Assembly: GCA_050273025.1 (NCBI GenBank)
Contig: CP158636.1
Coordinates: forward strand, 11,842,001 to 11,906,000
Length of the DNA stretch: 64,000 bases
Source: Cenococcum geophilum
Taxonomy: Eukaryota
Reading direction: 5' to 3'
Below are positions 1-13,723 of the stretch, one piece after another. Made by a program: the position numbers and the translations under genes. The notes beneath the pieces were generated by a model. It saw nothing but the letters and a program-made list of their open reading frames with translations. It was not told where the DNA came from and searched no databases. How positions within the stretch are numbered: the stretch's first letter is position 1; each line of letters begins with the position of its first letter.

Positions 1-82
1 CACTGTGTGGGCGCATTCCTGTATATAATAGTCTTGTCTCTCGCTTCTTACTGTCAACTATTTTCCTATACGCAGTAATTCA

Positions 83-1373
83 ATGCACGAATCACTCGGC
101 ATCTTTTGGCAGCTGTATGCTGCGATTGTTTCACTGCTTGTCCTTCCGGCCCAAGCCTTTAAACGCACCGTTGGCCCACCGGATGATCCCAGATTCGGGC
201 AAGCTTCGAAAGTTTGCAATGGCAGTGATCCCGCAAGTTTTAAATTTGGCACATGTTCAGTTCTCATTTCTTGCGTATTTGATACTCTTCCAGAGGCCTT
301 GAAGGCGAGCTTGAGTAGTGGTACTAGTATTGCTGCACTTCTACCTACGATTCTAGCATCAATTGGTAAGCCAAGCCTTCCGGCCCTCATCCCCCAATCA
401 ATATACTTATGGGAAATACTATGAAATGTTAACTATTATTTTTACAAGGCTCGCCACCACTTGAGCTCGTACAGCTTGCTCTCCTGTCACCCCACCGCGC
501 CCTAGCCACGTGTTGCTTCAGCATCGGCCTCCCGAGCGGGCTCTTCCGACAGCTAAAACCAGAGTCGAGAGTACGGGAGTGGACCGTAGTCTTACCAATA
601 CTAAGCCCAACGCGATGGCACAATCTCTCGGCAAAACTGATTATCGATTCACTCATTATCACTCTAGCGAGTATTATGTTGTGGCAAAATTGGATCGTCA
701 CTAGCTTTACAATGGTTCCGTGGCGCTGCGAGTATTCCTGGTTGTTATTTGCCTGGTGAGCACAAGCATACAACAAACGTAACTATTCCATCTTAGCTTT
801 CTTGACATAATCTCTAGGCCCATTGCATGCATAACTTGGCTTATCATAGCTGTCACTCTGCTCCACCTAATTAAGGAGTCTATGGAAATTTGTCACGCTG
901 AAGACCCATCCGTGCGGTACCGTATGTGGGAACTCATGTTACTTCCCTACACATTCGGCCTTGACCGCTTTCCGCAACGACAAATTGGCCTACCAACACT
1001 CCCCACCCACGAGGAAGGGATAAAGACCGCCGCGATATCTCAAACGGAGCTCAGAGATCCAGATAATAACTCAGAGGTTATCCACCGACACTACCCTCAC
1101 GCTCTACTAGCGCCTGCAGTCAAGCGTAGCGATACTGTAATTTCGTATGGTGGGAACTGCGTCATCGTCCGTATCACGATGCCCTCAAACTATGGACCTC
1201 GTAGCTGGCGCTGGTATGAAGCTTTCATTGAGTCTCTAGCTGTAGGGATTTATCTCTACGCAACATTCGTATTAACGAGCACACTATTCCTGAACGCTGA
1301 TAAGGCAATTATCTATTCTACTGTCATGACAGTTTGTTTAAGTGCAGTAAGGATTTTAACGACATTGTTTTAG
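83..1373 (+). CDS. Intact three-exon gene (exons 83-365, 449-755, 818-1373; 381 aa), predicted multi-pass membrane protein of unknown function
   Basis: Introns 366-448 (GTAAGC...TTTACAAG) and 756-817 (GTGAGC...TCTCTAG) join ORF-track pieces 83..424 and 882..1373 into one stop-free frame of 1146 nt (MHESLGIFWQLYAAIVSLLVLPAQA...LASI/GSPPLELVQLALLSPHRALATCCFSIGLPSGLF...EYSWLLFAW/PIACITWLIIAVTLLHLIKES...VRILTTLF*). It has a hydrophobic N-terminus and several hydrophobic segments, and normal CA/TG content. Confidence 0.85.
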
Positions 1374-1879
1374 CGAGGTACAAAGGAACAAGGCTCTTAT
1401 TGTACGTAACGGATAGTATAGTTGTATCCTTCTATAGGATATACTGGTGTTTGGAATAGAAGCGTATTAGGCGTTTTTCTAGTCTTCCCTATTATCTTCT
1501 CTTAGCAAACTGGAATATCTATCACATATCGCGGTTACGACCCGGGTTAATACGAGGTTAGGGCCACCCCCAGAGTTGCGGAGGATAGGCCGGATAGGCC
1601 TCTCGGATAATAGACCTATCAGCTGATAGTATCCGGAGACTATCCGGATAGTCTCCGGATAGTCTCCGGATAGTCTTAGCAAAATTACCTTAATATACTT
1701 ATACTTGCGATGCAACCCCCAATATTAAATAAATAATTTTTCTATTAATATAGATTTATAGAGCTTGCAAAGCGCTTTAAAATGGTACCACTTTTATCTA
1801 AATATCCTAAGGATAAGTAATATTATATAGATATAAAGCTTATAAGAGCTCTGCAAGATAAGGCTTACGGGGAGTCGCG

Positions 1880-2080
1880 TACGGAGCTCTGCACGAAGCT
1901 CTGCACAAAGCTTTTATATAAAGCCTCCGTAGTAGAGCCGTCGTACGCAGAACCGTCATACGCAGAGCCGTCATGCAGAGCCTCCATATACAGAGCTTCG
2001 TGCAGAGCTTCGTGTAGAGCCTCCGCAGAGCTTCGTGCAGAGCTTCGTGCAGAGCTTTATGCAGAGCTTCGTATAAAGCC
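1880..2080. repeat. Degenerate ~13-bp tandem repeat (GAGCTTCGTGCA-like) inside the hAT element
   Basis: Recurring gagcttcgtgca / gagccgtcatacgca units read directly from the sequence. Confidence 0.8.
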
Positions 2081-2949
2081 TTAGCAAATACCTTTAGCTT
2101 TCCTACTAATTAGATATCTTCTTTCTGCCTTTTTATTTATACTTCTCTTTATATAAAATACTATAAAATAAAATAAAAAGAGAAAAAAAGAGAGGAGACC
2201 CAGCAGTTTAAATTTAGTAACTTTTTTCTACTCCTTATTATCCTCTAGTTCCACAATCCGATCCTCACCCTCTAGTGCCCCCACTGCCGCTACTATAGGC
2301 TAAGAATTTATATTATACGACGAACATCGAGCTCTATAATCCCGCTACTTGCAATTTCTATAGCACCCACTACAGAACCCTAGAAGACTTTGACATTCAG
2401 TAAAGGGGCAAGGGCCTACTAGACGACGTAGAGTCGCCGTATAAGCCTCGCAAGGCTAGTATTAATTAGCTCTCTACCTCATATAAGTAATATAGGTTAC
2501 TTACAGTTGTATTTAGAGACCTACGGCTCTAAATTAGAATTGCATTTATATATAAGGGCCTCCCTATCCGCACCTGCCTCTCTAATACACCCCCCACCTA
2601 AGCCTCCATATTAATCGCCGGCAAAGCTTCTACCCTCTCCTGCTTATCCTAAGAGTAGTTAGTTATATAGGTATATCGTACAGAAAGGAGAGTTTACTTA
2701 TAGTATAATAATGTTGCCGGAGAATCTGTTATATAGTAGGACGGGAAGTATACCAGATAATTATATTTCCCGATTCTTAATAAAGGACGACGTTGGTGGG
2801 ATTTAAACTTATAATCTATTAAGTTTAAAGTTAGCATATATTTACCTACGCCACCTACACACCTTTAGTGGTTACCTTTTACCTAAAATTATTTTATTTA
2901 TATGCCCCCCTTCCCCCCTTTAGTGTTATACAACACACCCCTTATATAC

Positions 2950-5266
2950 TTTCCCTTATACGACTATAAGGGGATACTTAAAATCTTATAAGCTGCCTAG
3001 TCCTTTATACACTCCAATACCTTAAGTATTTATAGAGTAGTTCTTATACGATCCCATAAAATACGGCGTTAAGAACCTAAAAATACTCTCTTTAGCTTAT
3101 TGCTTATTCCAGGTATTAAGAGAACTTTAATTGCAAGCTGTAAGAGTCGTGGAAATCTTGTATACTAAAGAGGCTAATTCCACCATTAAATAGCTATTGT
3201 ACGGCTATTAAGCGGAATTGGATTCTTGTTAATATAGTTATTAAACTTATCTAGACTCTATAGACGAGTATATTTTAAATAATACTAAAGACGAGCCTTA
3301 TAGAAGGCAGAAAGATTTTCTTTAGACTCTAAAGGCGACTTTTAAGCTTTCTTAGTTGTGTACAATATAGTTAAACCTAAAAGTATTGCTTTCTTACGGA
3401 ATCTCTCCTAGAGCTTTCATACGCTAAAGAGCTTCTTTTCTCCTTTAACGGTAATATAATTATTCTAATCTTTTAAGAAAGCCGTATAACACTCTAGGTT
3501 AAAAACTCGTGCCGCTAAATAGTAGGGAGAATTATCTAGCTTCTTAACGTACTTTATAAGCTTTTCCTTAGTATATTAGAGTTAAGGAGTTATAAACTTA
3601 TCCTTAGCCTTAGTAGCTATTACCTATAGGAAATAATTAGCTAAAAAAACGTTAAGAGTATTATATAATTTACTAATACGGTCTATATTATATCCTTAAA
3701 AATATTAACTAATTCTAGAACCCTCTTTAGTATTATATAATTTCCTTAAAGAAATAGAGTTGCTTTATAAAAAGACTAAAGGAAATTATAAATCGTATAA
3801 AGATATATCCATTCGCTTATTAAGAGGATATTATTTTTTAAGTTATCCTTATAGTGCTCCACATAGAGTTAAAGCCTAGCCTTTACCTTATCCTCTAGAG
3901 CTATATATAGCATAAGAAACTAGCTATTCTATCTCATACGATTATCTAAAGGAACTATTTTACTAGCACGTTTAATAAACCATATTGTATAGTTAGCTAA
4001 GCTGCGGATATAAACAATATAGTTATAAAGCTTTCCTATCGGCCCTATAATATTTTAAATATTTTAACCTCTTTTATGCTTTTCGTCTAATGCTAGCTCT
4101 AATTCTTTATCCTTTTTTTTCTTTCTTTTAACTAGCGGTAGTGCTTATTATATAACTTTTTCTTCTTTTTCCTCTTCTTCTTTGTCCTGTTCCTTATTTT
4201 CTTTATTATATAAGTTTATAAGCTTCTTATCCTTTTTTAAACTAAATAAAAAGGCCTAAATAATAAGATTAATAACGTGCCCCTAATAGCGAATTCTTTA
4301 ATATATTGCGATCCAGTTAATTTTATACTTAAGGCTAAGCTATTAGCTAATTATATAACAGAGAATATCGTTTAATCTAGCATTATCGCTAATAAGAGCT
4401 CTAATCTTTATTTTAATACCGTACTTAATAAAAACCGGACAAAGCGCCTTCTATTAATCTATACCACTCTAACTAGATACTATATAAATGGCAATTAAGG
4501 GGTTCCGGTATTTATCCTAGATATTAACAAAGCTAGCACAGATTCCAAGAAGAAGGGAATAACTTAAAGAGGTCCAGATATCCACGGCAAGGTAAATATT
4601 TATTTTTACAGATTCAAGTACTTTTCGTATAATATCTTAACTCTTAGTAAAGTGTTTAAGAATCTAGGCTATAATTGTTAAGTAGTATATAGGGATAATT
4701 AAGGGTGCTTCTTAATTTAATGCTTTTATAAAAGTATAAAACTCTGGCCATTCTATATATAAGAAGGAAAGCTGTCATACAATAATTAGATCTAGAAGTG
4801 CTTACTTTATAGTATTTTAATATACTATACGCTTTAAAACCTTACCCTTAAAACCTTAAACTTTTCCTCTTGCTAAAAGCTTTTAATATAGTTCTAAAAG
4901 AGATCTCTCCCCCTAATCTTTTACTATCGTACGCTTTTAATTCTCTGCTAGATTCCATTTAATATTATGTTTTTTAAAATAGCCTTATAATCCAACGGTT
5001 AAGGAATAGTGTCCTTTTAAGTCTTAAGGAGGACAGTATTTATAAAAGTAGCGTTTCTTTATATAAGCCTTTTCTTCCTTTATTGCTGTATAAGTATATT
5101 TATAAATTAAGGAGACTTATCTTAAGATCTGTGTTATATAAGTAGTTAGGATTAAACCAGTATTAGCTTTAGTCTTAACGCCGCTTAAAAGGGTAGAAAG
5201 TGTGTTAACTTTAAAGGAATTATTATTGTTAAGGTTTTTGGGGTAAATTTCACTAGTACTAGCCAT
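2950..5266 (-). pseudogene. hAT transposase pseudogene
   Basis: Minus strand at about 3060-3185 reads WWN*PL*YTRFPRLLQLAIKVLLIPGISNKLKRVFLGS, which de-RIPs to the hAT C-terminal dimerisation motif WW...FPRLSQLAIEVLSIPGMSDEPERVFSG. Candidate ATG at 5266. Many RIP stops. The 3' limit is approximate. Confidence 0.8.
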
Positions 5267-5596
5267 ATTTATAGCGTCGTATAATAGGGGGTAAAGGTTT
5301 AGTTTTGTAGTTAAAAATTTTGCGGATATCTAGATATTATTCGGATATTATCCAATATCCGGGCTATCCTCGGATAGGATTATTATCCGCCCGACCGGAT
5401 AGGATAATTTATCCTCCGCAAGCCTGGCCACCCCTGCTGATAACGCGCACGAACTCCGCACGAGGTCGCGCAGCGACCCCCGAGTACCTTCGCACGCGAT
5501 TTTGGGCGAAAAGGTATATAATTTAAGTTTGATCGGTACACTTCTGGGCGGTCGCGTAATGTTGCTCTAAATTTAAAACACTTAAACGCGTTTTAT

Positions 5597-5800
5597 TCCT
5601 ATATTAAGGCGTCTTAGTTACTATAGTGCAGTCCTATATTAAGACGTCTTAGTTACTATAGTATAGTCCTATATTAAGGCGTCTCGGTTAATATAGTGCA
5701 GTCCTATATTAAGGCATTTTAGTTACTATAGTGCAGTTCTACATTAAGGCGTCTTGGTTACTGCAATGCGGTTATATATTAAGGCGTCTTAGTTACTATT
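5597..5800. repeat. 35-bp minisatellite, about 6 copies
   Basis: Unit TCCTATATTAAGGCGTCTTAGTTACTATAGTGCAG repeated with mostly transition-type variants. Confidence 0.9.
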
Positions 5801-6487
5801 CTTATAAAGCTAATCTAAAGAACGCTGACCTTGTAGCTGTTCTAGCTAGTTAATAGCCTATCTCTTATCTCTTACCGTACCGTCTTTTACGCGCCATTTT
5901 ATATCCTTAATTATTTTATAGCGACAGCTATAGAATATAGCATTATTATTAACCTACTAGCACGTCCCCTAGCAGCAATTAAGAGCTTTAATTAATGGCC
6001 TACTTACTAGCCCTAAAGTTCACTTAGCCTAAAGCTAGAATACTTAATTATCACTCTAAAGTATATTATATTTCCTTAGCGGCGCCTATAAATTAAAAAT
6101 AAATAAAAGAGGCTAAGCGTTAGCTTATAGTAGATATTATAGTAGATAGCTAAGCAGGCCCTATAGTAGTAAATAGTTAAAAACCCCTTAATATCTCCCT
6201 AGGGGTTAGATATATAGAAGAGAGTTTATCTAAAGACGGAATCTAGCCGTTAATATGTTTAGGAATAGACCTAGGTATAAGGCCGTCTAAAGACGGATAT
6301 ATAGACTCTATAGGCCCTCTTTAGATAACTGTCCTCCCTTACTAAATCTATATAGGTGCGAATAATACTAATAACCTTTCTATCTCGCTAAGGCGTTCTA
6401 AAATTATCTACACGCGTAATTAAACCCCCTTTATCTTTAATATTGCGTCCTTATATCTTAGCTTAGCTACGGCCTTATAGGCGGGCC

Positions 6488-6912
6488 TGTTACGGACCTT
6501 ATATTAGCAGTAGTAGAGCTACTAAGGAGAGACATGTACGGGTTGGTTATAACAGTATAGGAGGCGCTGGAATCAATCAAGCCATAGGATAAAGGGTAGC
6601 CAAATTACATAACACGTCACGTTATAAGTTTAGAACGTAGAAATGTGGGAATATAGGAACGTGGGACGTACTAACGTACTAACGTACTTAGTATATTTCT
6701 TAGGCGCAGTCTTATATATTTAAAGGACTACAGTCCCTACCTAGATAGTTCTCTTTTTATAGTAATTCTTAGAATATAATTAGAGTTAATCTATTAGGTA
6801 ACCACTTTACCAGTTATTATTATTGTTTAACTATTTTATACCTATATACTTAGCCCATTAATAAGTTAACTGTAGCATTCCTACAAGGCTTTGTTATATA
6901 ATTACTACTATA
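6488..6912 (+). repeat. Putative 5' LTR of the Gypsy element
   Basis: Begins TGTTACGG and ends CTATA (RIP form of CTACA), followed by GTTATAG and then gag. There is no second copy in the window, so the boundaries are inferred. Confidence 0.5.
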
Positions 6913-7600
6913 GTTATAGTAGAAGAAGTTAAGACAATATACTACTAAAAGTAGCGGCTATAATACTATTAACGGTAGCTATAATATTAAGGATAAGCGG
7001 TAATACTAGTATAGCGGATACTAACTTATAGTTAGTTACGGTCGGACAACTATAAGAAATAGTTAATTAGTTAATAGATAACAACGCGGTACTTAAAGTA
7101 AGACTTAATAGAATAGGCGCAGCTAAGGTTAAGTTACTATCTATTAAACAATTCTTAGGAGAGAGATTAAAACTTAAGGGATTTCTAATATAGATGCACT
7201 TTAAGGTAATATAGGAGGGAGCTAGACTAGTAATACCTATAAATTAAGTAGTATATGTAGGACTATTTCTAATAGGGAAAGCACTTAAATAGTTTAAACC
7301 CTACCTTATAGAAGTATAGGTAAATAGTATAAGTACTATTAATAAAAAAGTTAAGTTTATATTTATAAGTTGGGAAGGCTTTATAAAATAACTTATATAA
7401 ATATTTAAAGACCTAAAAGTAATAACTATAGTAAAAAGGAAGCTATAGGACTTAATATAGTAAACCTTAACAATAAAGTATACGATATAGTTTTAAATAT
7501 TAGTAATATAGGTTAAGTAAAATAATAAGGCGCTAATAGCATAGTATAAATAGGGACTTAAGGTAAAAGTTTAGGATATAATTATTTTAATAAAATATAT

Positions 7601-10600
7601 TGTTGGGAATAAAGGCAAGTGGTCACTATATGAGGCATATTGCCGTCACGTGTGGCAAGTTGCCGTCACGTGTGGCAAGTTGCCATCACGTGTCGCCGCG
7701 GCACTAGCGTGGCGAGGAGCCTTAAGCTCCTCGCCCTCCCTAAAAGATATATAGAATAACAATTATTATACTATCTACGAACCGTAGCTACGTAATATTA
7801 CCTTATATAACTAATACTAATTAGTGGTTAACTTTACTGTTATACTATAGAACAGCTAGGTATTCTACTAAGAAGAGACGAGCTACTATACTAGTGCTAC
7901 TTATGCTAGAGGAAGCTGTCTTTTAAGGTTAGAACTGGTCCTAAACCTTAAATAGAACTCTTCTACGAATTTAAGGATTTAAAGGCCAGAACTGGTCCTA
8001 AGCCTTTTCTAGATTATAGATTCTTGCGTCCGTTACGCAGAATAATATACTTTATAAGTCTTCGCGATTTAAGGCTAGAACTAGTCCTAAGCCCTATAAT
8101 TATAAATATACGTTATAAACGCATACTAAACGATAAGTATATATTATAAACGCGTACCAAACAACAATCCCTACGCTAATAACACTTCCCTCCCTCCAAA
8201 AATATGGCTACGCCTACTTTAAACGACTAGGAAGACTCCTTACTACTAGGGGTAGCTTTATACGCGAAACTTATTAATAAAGATTGGGACGAATTTACTA
8301 TTAATATAATAACTTATACCGCAAAATAAGTTAACGGCTTTCTCCTATACCGTATTATATTCTACTAAAGTAGATACTACGCTAATCTATAGCTATAGGA
8401 ATATTTTAGGGAGGATTTTATAGGATGGACCGCTAATACCTAGGCACTTAGCAATATTAATATTATTTAGGATTTTTAAGACTTCCTCCGTAGGAATGGG
8501 GTATATATTACTAAAAATAGTAACCCAATTACTAGTAATATTTAGGCTATTATTACTAGTATAAAAGAACTAGTATAAACAAAAGCTAAGATTATATATT
8601 AACTATAGAAACCTAGAACTAACCCATATTTTTTAAAAGGCAACTTTAATTTAAAACGAAACCCCTAAAACGCTACTCTCCTACCTAAAGGTACTCTCCT
8701 ACCTAAAGGTGCTCCCCTACCTAGAGGTACTCCTCCTTTACCTCTATTACCTCTAGCTCCTCTACTCTAGCTAACTAGTAACCCTTTACTATAAGAAGTT
8801 ATAAATCTAATAAAGGTATATTTAGACGAAGAGAAGAAGTTTAAAGGAGAATTATATAATATACTTAGAGTAAAACTATAGGTCTTCTATAACTATTATA
8901 ATAAGGTTAGAATTTAAAGCTACTAGTACTACTACGCTTTCTCTATTATATTAAAGGGACGGGCAGCAATATTCTATTACGACTATATTACGGGTAAAAA
9001 CTATAGCTTTAATATAATGCTTTAGCTCACTAAAGCCTACTTTAAGACTAATAAGAATCGCTAACTTTATATGTCTAAATGGCGAGAGACTATATTCTAG
9101 AGAGTTATTACTTCTAACCTAATAAAGACTTATTTAGAGTGCCTTTAACTACTCTTTAATAAACTCTAGAAAATCTAACGCGGATTTACTAAAACTTACT
9201 AAAATAAGAACAGCCTAAGGGACTAGGTTATCTTAGCCTGCTATAGCGTTCCTAAGTATAACTTAGCGCTATATAAACCTATAAATATATTTAAAGGAGT
9301 ATATACTAAGCTACGCTCTACTATAGGTACTGCAATGCGAATATAAGAATCTTAATAGTTCTATACCGAAAACCCTACCCAACTAAGTATTCTTAACTAA
9401 TATAATTATAACTAGACTAATCAAATATATAGTGGCCGTGGTAGGGAATATAAAAGAGGGTATAATTAATATTAACTATAAGGCAATTATAGAGGTCCTT
9501 ATAGAGGTTTATTTTAAAGTAATTACTAAAAAAAGTGCTACGTTTGTAAGAAGCTAAATTACTAGTTAACTAGATACTCCTTTAATAAATAAAAAGAGGT
9601 ATATAATAAGTTCCGTTAGAGTATAAGAAACGTTAAAAATTATAAGGTTACTATAGCCTACTTCTAAAGCTTCCTGGTTTAATATAAAGGCGTAAAAGAT
9701 TTTAAGGGTAAGGTTAATAAGGTTAAACAGCTCCTTATAGATATAAAAATTAAGGACTACTCTCCTAACTAATACTTTATGGAGTATAGTAAGGTAGATA
9801 GTATATAAACCGTTACTATTCTTAATAACTAATCTATACTCCATTCTATTATAAAATTAGATATCTTTAATAAGCTAAAGGAGAGTTCCGCGTTTTCCTT
9901 TAATGATAAATACTTGGCGTACGTCTTTTATAGTATTATACCGGATATAGGAGCCGTAGGAGTATCTATAGTAGGAGAACCTTAAGTTTAAGCTCTTTAG
10001 CAGCTTAATAGCTCTATTTAGATTAACTAATTAACGGTAGGCTAATATATAATTCGCTTTAGTAAAGGTACTATAATCTCTCTTAGTATAATTAGGGTCC
10101 AAACCCCCTTAGGATATATTACTTTCTATATTATTCCTATAAATACTCTGTTTTTATTTTACATTAAAGATATAAATTAATTAGGTGTTAGGCTTAATAA
10201 CCTTAAGAATATACTTATTTAGGGAGATAATTGGGTGCCCGTTATACGCAAGTAGGGTTACCCCTAGTTGCTCCTTTATTAACTAGAAAAGAGTATTACT
10301 TAAAGCTACTTAACTAAGTTGGAATTACGCTAACTACACCATCGTTTTAGCCACCTATCCGTTTATTAATTACTTAGGGTTCTTTAGCAAGTAGGCTATA
10401 AAGTTAAGGTTAAGGTAATTAAGCATCTTATAAAGTACTACTACTACTACTACTAAATAAACTAGAAGTCCCCTAGCCGATTTAAGTTTACCCTTAAGGA
10501 TAACTATAACTTTAACTTTTATATTATTATTAACGTTATATATCTTAGCGGCAAGCTAGTGCTCTAAATTATTAACTTCTTAACCTTCTTCTAAGCCGCG

Positions 10601-13600
10601 CGTTTCTTAAAAGATATATTAGCTAAAAACGCATAGGATACCCTTTAGTTATACTAGATTAATATCTATTTAGGACCCCCTAATTAAATTATCTATAATA
10701 TAGAAAAGAACTTCTTATCTATAGAGTTCTGATAATAGATAAAGGCAATAGCAATTAAGGTTAAGGAAGTCCCCGTTAAGGCATATAATAGTATTAAAAA
10801 AGTAGAGCGATATTACGCGCTATTACGCCGCGTATATAAGATTATCTCTTTAGAACTAAAGGACGCTAGTAAAAAACTTACCTTATAAATAGCTGTTAAA
10901 GCTATTAATAATTCCGCTAGCCTAGATAGACTTATACCTATATTGCTAGTCTTTAGCGCCTACCCTTAAATAACTAACAATTTTTTACTATCTTCCTCTA
11001 TTATATAATAAGCTAAGGCTATTTATAAGGTAATAAAGGAGGTATAACATCTCTACGCTATACGCTAGGTTAATAACGTATTAGAAATAAAAAATGGCCT
11101 AAATACTTTAACTACGCTTAATCTGCTACTTTAGTCTAAAGTACGCGTATAGCGTAAAAGGGGAGGATAGTTAGGCTTATACCAACTTATTATAATTAAT
11201 AGTTAAACTTATACTATTTAGATGCCTTACGGACCTACTTAATTCCGTTTAACTATTATTAAGCCTTATTATAAAGATAACAATTTTAAGCCTTTATAGG
11301 ATGCCCTAGAAGATACCTTAAAGGAGAACTATAATTAATATGCTTTAGAAGGCAACTATAATCCTGATATAATTATAGTAGATACGCCATAACTATAACG
11401 CGGTAGAGGTTACCTAAAGGGATTACGAAATCGCCAATATCTTATTAATTTTAAAGAATAATTTATTACCGCTATTAAGAATAGAGTTAAGTTATTAATG
11501 GCCTTTATAATAGCTAAAGAGAAGGCTAACTTTAAGCTTGTAAAATAGCTCTAAAAGGAAGGTTATATTATAACCCTAGGAGCTCCTTTCTAAGTATCCG
11601 ATAAGTAGGAGATCGATAGTCTTATTATAAGAGGAGTCTTTAAATTTAAGAAGTATAACCCTACTAAGTTTAATAGAGTTCGTATCTTTAAGTTAAGAAT
11701 AGTTAATAAGATTAAGGGTAAAGCTATTAACGCCCTATTTAAGAAATTAAGGCTTATTATCTAAGGCTATAATAATAATAGTAAGGAGGTAATTCTTATA
11801 TAATCTCCTATAATTTAACGAGCTAGTTAGCGAGTTATTATTGCGCTAGCTCCCTCCTTAATAAAGAATAGAATAGTAGTCTATTTGTGAGATATTACCT
11901 AGGCCTACACCTAATTAGAGACGCACCTTTAGCGCTTAATATTGGCATACCTTCTAGAGTAAATTCGCCACTAATATCCTAAAGATATAATTATAGTTAT
12001 GCTTAAGCCATTATACGGAATCGCAGAGGTAAGAACTTATTAGTAGGCTACCTATAGTAAGCACTATAAAGAGAAGTTTTAATAACTATATCTATATTTA
12101 ATCCCTACTTCCTTATTATAACCATAGGAACTCTATTTAGAATCGTTGGCATATAAACTAATAATATAATTATCTTAGGAGATAACTAATTCTTAGCTCT
12201 TAAAGAAGATAAGCTAGTAAAGGCAAATCTTATAGCAAAGCTAAAGGAAAAGCTTAATTTAATAACACTATTACTTTTTAATAAATATATCCTTTCCCTA
12301 AACTAGGATTCTATTGCTTTACGCTAGAAGGGTTAAGGTAAGAAGATTAACGTTATTAATGTTAATTCTCTAAAGCAAGAATACGTGGAGTAATGCGCTT
12401 GTGGAGCTTATATTACTTCTATCTATTAACCTAAGGCTTCCTTTAATCTCTTAGTTGCCGCTTAACACTAGGAACTAATTAAGGATAATATTCTTGCCTT
12501 AAATAAGCGTTTTTTTTAGTAAATAAACTATTTTAATCGGGGACTACTCTACGTGCCTATTAATCTTCCTACCGCTAAGCTCTTTATATTTATTAATAAA
12601 TCGTTTATAAATAATAAAGATTTTAGCTCCTAGTTAAAACATAAGATTATTATTGCGAATAAATCTACTAGAGAGAATAACTTTATAATCTATAGTAACA
12701 TTATCTATTAGAGCTTAACTAAGAGTAAGCGTATTACTTAAAGTGTTTTAGCGTTAGAGATATATAGAATAGTTAGCGGAGTTAATATGGCAATTACAAT
12801 TAGAACTACCCTAAAGATAATTATAGATTGACTTGAACTTCCTATTATCCCTATAATTATATGCACTGACTTATATTCCCTTTATAAGTGTTTAGTTAAG
12901 CTTAGTACTACAAAGAAAAAGCGCCTTATAATTAATATTATAGCACTTTAGTAATCCTACGAGCGTTAAAAACTCTTTAAGATTTAATAGATTAATGGCT
13001 AAGATAATTTAGTAGATATAATAACGAAGGCGAACCTAAACAAGGCACTAGAGACGTTTGTTAATATAAATACTCTATATATATAAGTTAAAGGTTAGGT
13101 TAAAAAGGAGTTCCTAGAAATTTCTTAGTTACGTAAGGTCTTAAGATATCTAGGAACTTTAACTAGCGGTTAAAGTTATTTAATTAGTTAGATTCTCTTA
13201 CTAAGACTTTTTTAGAGGGGGGAGTATAATATTTTATAGACCCTAACTTAACCTAGCTAATTAGGATTTTCTATCCCCGGGATAGAAAATCGCTATTGGC
13301 TCGCTTACTACTAGCGCCTTAGCGGCCCTCTAAACAAGATATCTACCTATAACTCCTAAGCAAGAAAGCACTATATGCTAAAAGGCAAATTTTGGGACAG
13401 TAAGACTTATAGTATAATAGTAATAGTAAGTAAGGAGGATTAACATTTATTCCGCTAGTCGAGCGGTATATATATATAGATGGCAACTATAAAAAAAGAG
13501 TTACTAGTGTTAGGAATAAAGGTAAGTGGTTACTATATAAGGTATATTACCGTCATATGTAGCAAGTTGCCGTTACGTGCGGTAAGTTGCCGTCACGTGT

Positions 13601-13723
13601 CGCCGCGGTACTAGTGTGGCGAGGAGCCTTAAGCTCCTCGCCCTCCCTAAAAGATATACAGAATAACAATCATCATACTATTTACGAACCGTAGCTACGT
13701 GATATTACTTTGTGTAACTAACA
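7601..13723 (+). mobile_element. Copia A: full-length Ty1/Copia (GalEa-like) LTR retrotransposon, RIP-degraded
   Basis: 216-bp LTRs at 7601-7816 and 13508-13723 (TGTT...ACA). 5-bp TSD TATAT at 7596-7600 and 13724-13728. Polyprotein from ATG 8204 to ~13110 in order gag, protease (IIPDTGAAG, ~9935), integrase (LHRRFGHP, ~10335), RT (DITQAY, LKPLYG) and RNase H. CTAATTAGT follows the 5' LTR. Confidence 0.95.

Larger units (their letters stand above)
1571..5426 (-). mobile_element. hAT-superfamily DNA transposon, RIP-degraded, both ends present
   Basis: Imperfect TIRs CAGAGTTGCGGAGGATA (from 1571) and TATCCTCCGCAAGCCTG (to 5426). Exact 8-bp TSD GCCACCCC at 1563-1570 and 5427-5434. Subterminal (T)CCGGATA repeats at both ends. 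Confidence 0.93.

Noticed and set aside
58..776. ORF-track entries 58..390(-), 117..302(+), 429..776(-) and 510..704(+) as separate genes
   Set aside because: They are shadow frames of the spliced plus-strand gene 83-1373.
1535..1538. TTAC at 1535 as the left end of the Starship whose captain is at 46023
   Set aside because: That would need a complete Gypsy lying between the end and the captain, but the Gypsy lacks its 3' LTR and appears to stop at another TTAC only ~285 bp before the captain. A 4-mer alone is weak evidence.
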